Part shown: positions 50,951 to 57,447 of the stretch, piece by piece | Numbering within the stretch: the stretch's first letter is position 1 | Layout: each line of letters opens with the position of its first letter | From: Chiloscyllium plagiosum | Taxonomy: Eukaryota | Assembly: GCF_004010195.1 (NCBI RefSeq) | Contig: NW_025215125.1 | Span: forward strand, 1 to 57,447 | Length of the DNA: 57,447 nucleotides | Reading direction: 5' to 3' | The notes under the pieces: generated by a model | Databases searched by the model: none | What the model saw: only the letters and a program-made list of their open reading frames with translations | What the model was told of the DNA's origin: nothing | Translations under genes and position numbers: made by a program

Positions 50951-53900
50951 ATACACACTGCCTTGACAATTCAGTACAAACAGTACTGAACATGCACAGG
51001 CCACGGATTATTAACACACAGTATTGACCATCCACAGCCCACAGAGTTATTAGCAAACAGTATTGAATATGCACAGGTCACAGATTATTGATTCACAGTA
51101 TTGACCATCCACAGGCCACAGGATTATTATCACACAGCATTGACAATCCACAGCCCACTGTTAGTATTCACTGACAGTATTGACCAACCTTAGGCAAAAG
51201 GTTATACACACACAGTACTGACGATTCACAGGCCATAGTATTATTCACACACAGTACTGACTGCCCTCAGGCCACATTATTATTCACACACAGTATTGAC
51301 CATCCTCAGGTCAAGGGTTATTCACACACAGTATTGACCATTCACAGGCCAGAGGATTATTCACACACAGTATTGAACATCCTCAAGCCACAGGATAACT
51401 CTGACAAACTATTGACCATTCACAGCCCACAGGATTGTTCACACATAGTATTGTTAATACTCAGGCCAAGGATTAGTCACACACAGTATTGACGATTCAC
51501 AGGCCAGAGGATTATTCACACACAGTATTGACCAACCTCAGGCCACAGGGGTATTCACACACACAATAGTCAATATTCTCAGCCAACAGGATTATTCAGA
51601 TACAATATTGACCAGCATACGGCCACAGGCACACAGTTCTTGACCATTTACAGGTCACAGGATTATTACCACACAGTATTAATCGTCCTTAGGCCACGGG
51701 GTATTCACACCCAGTATTCGACCAACCTCAGGTCACAGGATTATTCACACCCAGTATTGCATGACCTCAGGCCACAGGATTATTCACACACAGTGTTGAA
51801 CATCCTCATGCCACAGGATTATTCCCACACCGTATTGAATATCCTCAGGCCACAGGATTACTCCCACACAGTATTGACCATTCTCCGTCCACAGGATTAT
51901 TCACCCACAGTATTGACCATCCTCACTCAGCTGGATTATTCTCACACATTATTGATCATCCACAGGCCAGAGTATTATTGGCAAACAGTATTGACCATCC
52001 ACAGGCCACAGTTTTACTAGCAAACAGTATTGAACATGCACAGGTCACAGTTTATTAACACCCAGTATTGACTATTCACAGGCCAGAGGATTATTCACAC
52101 TCAGTATTGACGTTCCTAAGGCCATAAGATCATTCACACACTGTATTGACCAACCTGAAGCCACAGGATTAATGAACACATTCTCTTCACTAATTAACAG
52201 GTCACAGGATTATTCCCACACAGTATTGACAATCCGCAGGCCACAGGAATTTCACACACAGTATTGAACATCTTCAAGCCACAGGATTTTTCTGACACAG
52301 TACTGACCATTCACAGCCCACAGGATTGTTCACACAAAGTATTGATCATTCACAGGCCAGAGGATTATTCACACACAGTATTGACAATCCTTAGGCCACA
52401 GGATCATTCACACACATTATTGACCCAACTCCGGACACAGGAGTAATCACACACAATATTCAATATTCTCAGCCAATAGTATTATTCATGTACTGTATTG
52501 ACCAGCATACGGCCACAGGATTAATGCACACACTGCCTTGACCATTTACAGGTCACAGCATTATTACCACCCAGTATTAATCATCCTCAGGCCGCAGGGG
52601 TATTCACACACAGTATTGACAAGCCTCAGTCAGCACGATTTTTCACATACAGTATAGACCATCCCAGTATTATTGGCAAACACTATTGACCATGCACAGG
52701 CCACAGATTATTAACACCCAGTTTTGACCATCCACAGGCTACAGATTTATGAACAAACAGTATTGAACATGCACAGGCCACAGATTATTGATTCACAGTA
52801 TTGACCATCCACAGCCCACATTATTATTCACTCAAAGTATTGACCATCCTTAGGCAAAGGGTTATGCACACACAGTACTGACGATTCACAGGCCATAGCA
52901 TTATTCAAACACAGTATTGGCTGCCCTCAGGTAACATTATTATTCACACACAGTATTGACCAGCATACAGCCACAGGATTAATGAACACACAGTATTGAT
53001 CATCCTTCAGGTCAAGGGTTATTCACACACAGTATTGACGATTCACAGGTCAGAGGATTATTTACACACAGTATTGACGATTCACAGGCCAGAGGATTAT
53101 TCACACACAATATTGAAGTTCCTAAGGCCATAACATCATTCACACACTGTACTGACTAAGCTGAGGCCACAGGATTAATGAACACATTCTCTTTACCAAT
53201 TAACAGGTCACAGGTTCACACACAATATTGAACATGCTCAAGCCACAGGATTATTCTGACAGAGTATTTACCATTTTCAGGTCACAGGATTGTTCACACA
53301 TAGTATTGATCATGCTCAGGCCATGGATTATTCACACACAGTACTGACAATCCTCAGGCCACAGGACTTTTCACACCCAGTATTCGACCAACCTCAGGCC
53401 ACAGGACTATTCACACACAATATTCAATGTTCACAGTCAACTGGATTATTCACATACATTATGGACCAGCATACAGCCACAGGATTAATGCACACACTGT
53501 CTTGACCACTTACAGGACACAGGATTATTCCCACACAATATTGGCCATTTTCAGGCCACAATAATATTCACACACAATATTGAATATCCTCAGGCCACAG
53601 GATTATTCACACACAGTATTGTCCATCCTCAGGTCACAGGAGTATTCACACACAGTATTCAACATGCTCAGGCCACAGGATTATTCGCACACAGTATTGT
53701 CCGTCCTCAGGTCACACGCGTACTCACACACAATATTCAATATTCCCAGCCAACAGGATTATTCACATACATTATTGACCAGCATACGGCCACAGGATTA
53801 ACGCACACACTGTGTTGACCACTTACAGGACATAGGATTATTCTCACACAGTATTGGCCATTCTCAGGCCACAGGATTATTCGCACACAGTATTGTCCAT

Positions 53901-54725
53901 CCTCAGGTCACACAAGTATTCACACACAATATTCAGCATTCTCAGCCCACAAGATTACCCACACACAGTATTGACGAGCATGCGGCCATAGGATTAATAA
54001 ACACACTGCTTTGACCATTTACAGGTCACAGGATTATTCCCACACAGTATTGGCGATTCTCAGGTCACAGGTTTATTTACACACAGTATTGACCATCCTC
54101 AGACCACGCGAGTATTCACACACAATATACAGCAAACTGAGGCAACAGGATTATTCACACACAGTATGCCTTAGCCTCAGACCACAGGATTGTTCACACA
54201 CAGTATTGACCAGCATAAGGCTACAGGATTAATGGGCACATTGTCTTGACCATTTACAGGTGGCAGAATTATTTCCACACAGTATTGACCATCCTCAGAC
54301 CGCAGGATTATTCACACACAGTATTGACCGTCCTCAGGCCACAGGATTATTCTCGCACGCTATTGGCCATCCTCAGTCCACAGGGTTATTCTCACACATT
54401 ATTGACCATCCTCAGGGTACATGATTGTTCACGCACAGTATTGACCATTCTCAGGCGCAGGGTTATTCACGCACAGTATTGTCCATCCTTAGGCAAAGGG
54501 CTATTTGCACACAGTATTGACCATCCTCAGGCCAAGGATAATTCACATACAGTAATTACGATTCACAGGCCATAGGGTTATTCACACACAGTATTGACTG
54601 CCCTCAATTCACAGGATTATTCACACACAGGATTGAGCATTCACAGTGCACTGGATTATTCACACACTGTATTGGCCATTCTCAGGACAGAGGATTATTT
54701 ACACATAGTATTGACCATCCTCAGG

Positions 54726-55324
54726 NNNNNNNNNNNNNNNNNNNNNNNNNNNNNNNNNNNNNNNNNNNNNNNNNNNNNNNNNNNNNNNNNNNNNNNNNNN
54801 NNNNNNNNNNNNNNNNNNNNNNNNNNNNNNNNNNNNNNNNNNNNNNNNNNNNNNNNNNNNNNNNNNNNNNNNNNNNNNNNNNNNNNNNNNNNNNNNNNNN
54901 NNNNNNNNNNNNNNNNNNNNNNNNNNNNNNNNNNNNNNNNNNNNNNNNNNNNNNNNNNNNNNNNNNNNNNNNNNNNNNNNNNNNNNNNNNNNNNNNNNNN
55001 NNNNNNNNNNNNNNNNNNNNNNNNNNNNNNNNNNNNNNNNNNNNNNNNNNNNNNNNNNNNNNNNNNNNNNNNNNNNNNNNNNNNNNNNNNNNNNNNNNNN
55101 NNNNNNNNNNNNNNNNNNNNNNNNNNNNNNNNNNNNNNNNNNNNNNNNNNNNNNNNNNNNNNNNNNNNNNNNNNNNNNNNNNNNNNNNNNNNNNNNNNNN
55201 NNNNNNNNNNNNNNNNNNNNNNNNNNNNNNNNNNNNNNNNNNNNNNNNNNNNNNNNNNNNNNNNNNNNNNNNNNNNNNNNNNNNNNNNNNNNNNNNNNNN
55301 NNNNNNNNNNNNNNNNNNNNNNNN
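54726..55324. other. Assembly gap (N run)
   Basis: Ns in sequence. Confidence 0.99.
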
Positions 55325-55546
55325 CCACAGGATTAATGAACACACTGTCTTGACCATTTTGCAGTTCACAGAATTTTCACACACAGTATTGACGATCCTC
55401 AGGTCACAGGATTATTCCCAAACAGTATTGACCATCCTAAAGCCACGGGATTTTTCACACACAGTATTCACCATCCTCAGGCCACAGGATTATTCACACC
55501 CAGTATTGACCATCCTCAGGGCACAGGGTTATTCACACACAGTATT

Positions 55547-55864
55547 TAGATTTAGATTACATTACATTACAGTGTGGAAACAGGCCCTTCGGCCCAACAA
55601 GTCCACACCGACCCGCCGAAGTGCAACCCACCCATACCCCTACATTTACCCTTTACCTAACACTACGGGCAATTTCGTATGGCCAATTCACCTGACCTGC
55701 ACATCTTTGGACTGTGGGAGGAAACCGGAGCACCCGGAGGAAACCCACGCAGACACGGGGAGAACGTGCAAACTCCACACAGTCAGTCGCCTGATTCGGG
55801 AATTGAACCCGCGTCTCTGGCGCTGCGAGGCTGCAGTGCTAACCACTGGGCCACCGTGCCGCCC
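55547..55864 (-). mobile_element. Full-length HE1-type SINE inserted in the satellite
   Basis: Head GGGCGGCACGGTGGCCCAGTGGTTAGC, B box GGTTCAATTCC, (TAATG/TAAATC)n tail. Confidence 0.95.
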
Positions 55865-57447
55865 AAAAAAAAAATTTTTTTCCTCAGGCCACAGGATTAT
55901 CCACACACAGAATTGACCATTCTCAAACCACAGGATTTCTCACACACAGTATTGACCATTCTCAGGCCACAGGATTATTCACACACAGTATTGTCCATCC
56001 ACAGGCCACAGTATTATTTGCAAACAATATTAACTATGCACAGGCCACAGATTATTAACACATAGTAATGACCATCCATTGGCCACAGTTTTATTAACAC
56101 ACAGCATTGAACATCCACAGGCCACATTATTATTCACACACTGTATTGCCCATCCTTAGGCAAAGGGCTATTTGCACACAGTACTGACAATTCACAGGCC
56201 ACAGGATTATTCACACAGAGTACTGACCATCCTCAAGTCGCAGGATTATTCACACACAGTATTAACCATTCTCTGCCCACAGGATTACTCACACACAGTA
56301 TTGATCATCCTCAGGTCAAGGGTTATTCACCCACAGTATTGACCATTCACAGGCCAGAGGATTATTCGCACACAGTATTGACCATCCTAAGACCATAAGA
56401 TCAATCACACACTGTATTGACCAAGCTGAGGCCACAGGATTAATGAACACATTCTCTTTACCAATTAACAGGTCACAGGATTATTCTCACACAGTACTGA
56501 CAATCCTCAGACCACAGGATTATTCACTCACAGTATTGACCATCCTCAAGCTACAGGATTATTCTGACAGAGTATTGATCATTCACAGCCCATAGGATTG
56601 TTCACACATAGCATTGATCATACTCAGTCCAAGAATTAATCACACACATTATTGACCATTCACAGGCCACAGGATCATTCACACACAATATTCAATATTC
56701 CCAGCCAATAGTATTATTCACGTACTGTATTGACCAGCATACGGCCACAGGATTAATGCACACACTGTCTTGACCATTTACAGGTCACAGCATTATTACC
56801 TTCACAGTATTAATGATCTTCAGACCGCAGGGGTATTCACACATAGTATTGACCATCCTCAGGCCACAGGATTATTCACACAGTATTGAACATCCTCAAA
56901 CGGCAGGATTATTCCCACAGAGTATTGACCATTCTCAAGCCACAGGATATACACACACAGTACTGACTATACTCAGGCAACAGGATTATTCACACACAAT
57001 ATTGACCATCCTCAGGTACAGGATTATTCACACACAGTATTGACCAGCCTCAGGCCAGGGAATTATTCAGACACAGTATTGAACATCCTCAAGCCACAGG
57101 ATTACTTTGACACAGTATTGACCATTGACAGGTCAGAGGATTGTTCAGACACAGCATTGACGATCCTCTGGCCACAGGATCATTCACACACAACATTCAA
57201 TATTCTCAGCCAACAGAATTATTCACACACAGTATTGACCAGCATACGGCCACAGGATTAATGCACACACTGTCTTGACCATTTACAGGTCACAGCATTA
57301 TTACCTTCACAGTATTAATGATCTTCAGACCGCAGGGGTATTCACACATAGTATTGACCATCCTCAGGCCACAGGATTATTCACACAGTATTGAACATCC
57401 TCAAACGGCAGGATTATTCCCACAGAGTATTGACCATTCTCAAGCCA

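Larger units (their letters stand above)
46115..57447. repeat. Satellite array of a diverged 39-bp monomer (CCACAGGATTATTCACACACAGTATTGACCATCCTCAGG), running off the window end
   Basis: 39-bp periodicity, with 13-aa periodicity (RPQDYSHTVLTIL) in the spurious ORFs. Confidence 0.97.

Noticed and set aside
45872..57261. Repetitive RPQDYSHTVLTIL / QATGLFTHSIDHP ORFs as a repeat protein or zinc-finger array
   Set aside because: These are translations of a 39-bp satellite with frequent stops and frameshifts and no C2H2 spacing.

Overview
Repeat-dense vertebrate genomic DNA, most likely from a shark or other elasmobranch (HE1-type tRNA-derived SINEs, abundant CR1 LINEs, Penelope-like elements), with four N-gaps. 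The one clearly intact host coding sequence is a 114-bp minus-strand exon (796-909) matching the MG2 region of CPAMD8 (alpha-2-macroglobulin/C3 family). I found none of its upstream exons in the remaining ~56 kb, so the window is probably mostly intron. The rest contains: a near-perfect 26-bp/20-bp CA-rich minisatellite; many CR1 fragments, including a near full-length copy with esterase ORF1 and an internal tandem duplication; an internally deleted Gmr1-like (SCAN-gag) Gypsy element; a solo LTR; several Penelope-like elements with minimal hammerhead-ribozyme motifs; a tRNA-Lys pseudogene abutting a SINE; a ~1.45-kb local duplication; several unassigned exon-like segments; and an >11-kb 39-bp satellite. 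The long ORFs in the supplied track are repeat or gap artefacts. I found no convincing new protein-coding system. The most interesting signals are retrotransposition products: a palindromic Penelope with two hammerheads, a 39-bp insertion starting next to the predicted ribozyme cleavage site, a tRNA+SINE co-insertion and a 154-bp target-site-like duplication. Boundaries of old, degraded repeats are approximate and family names come from recognition by eye.
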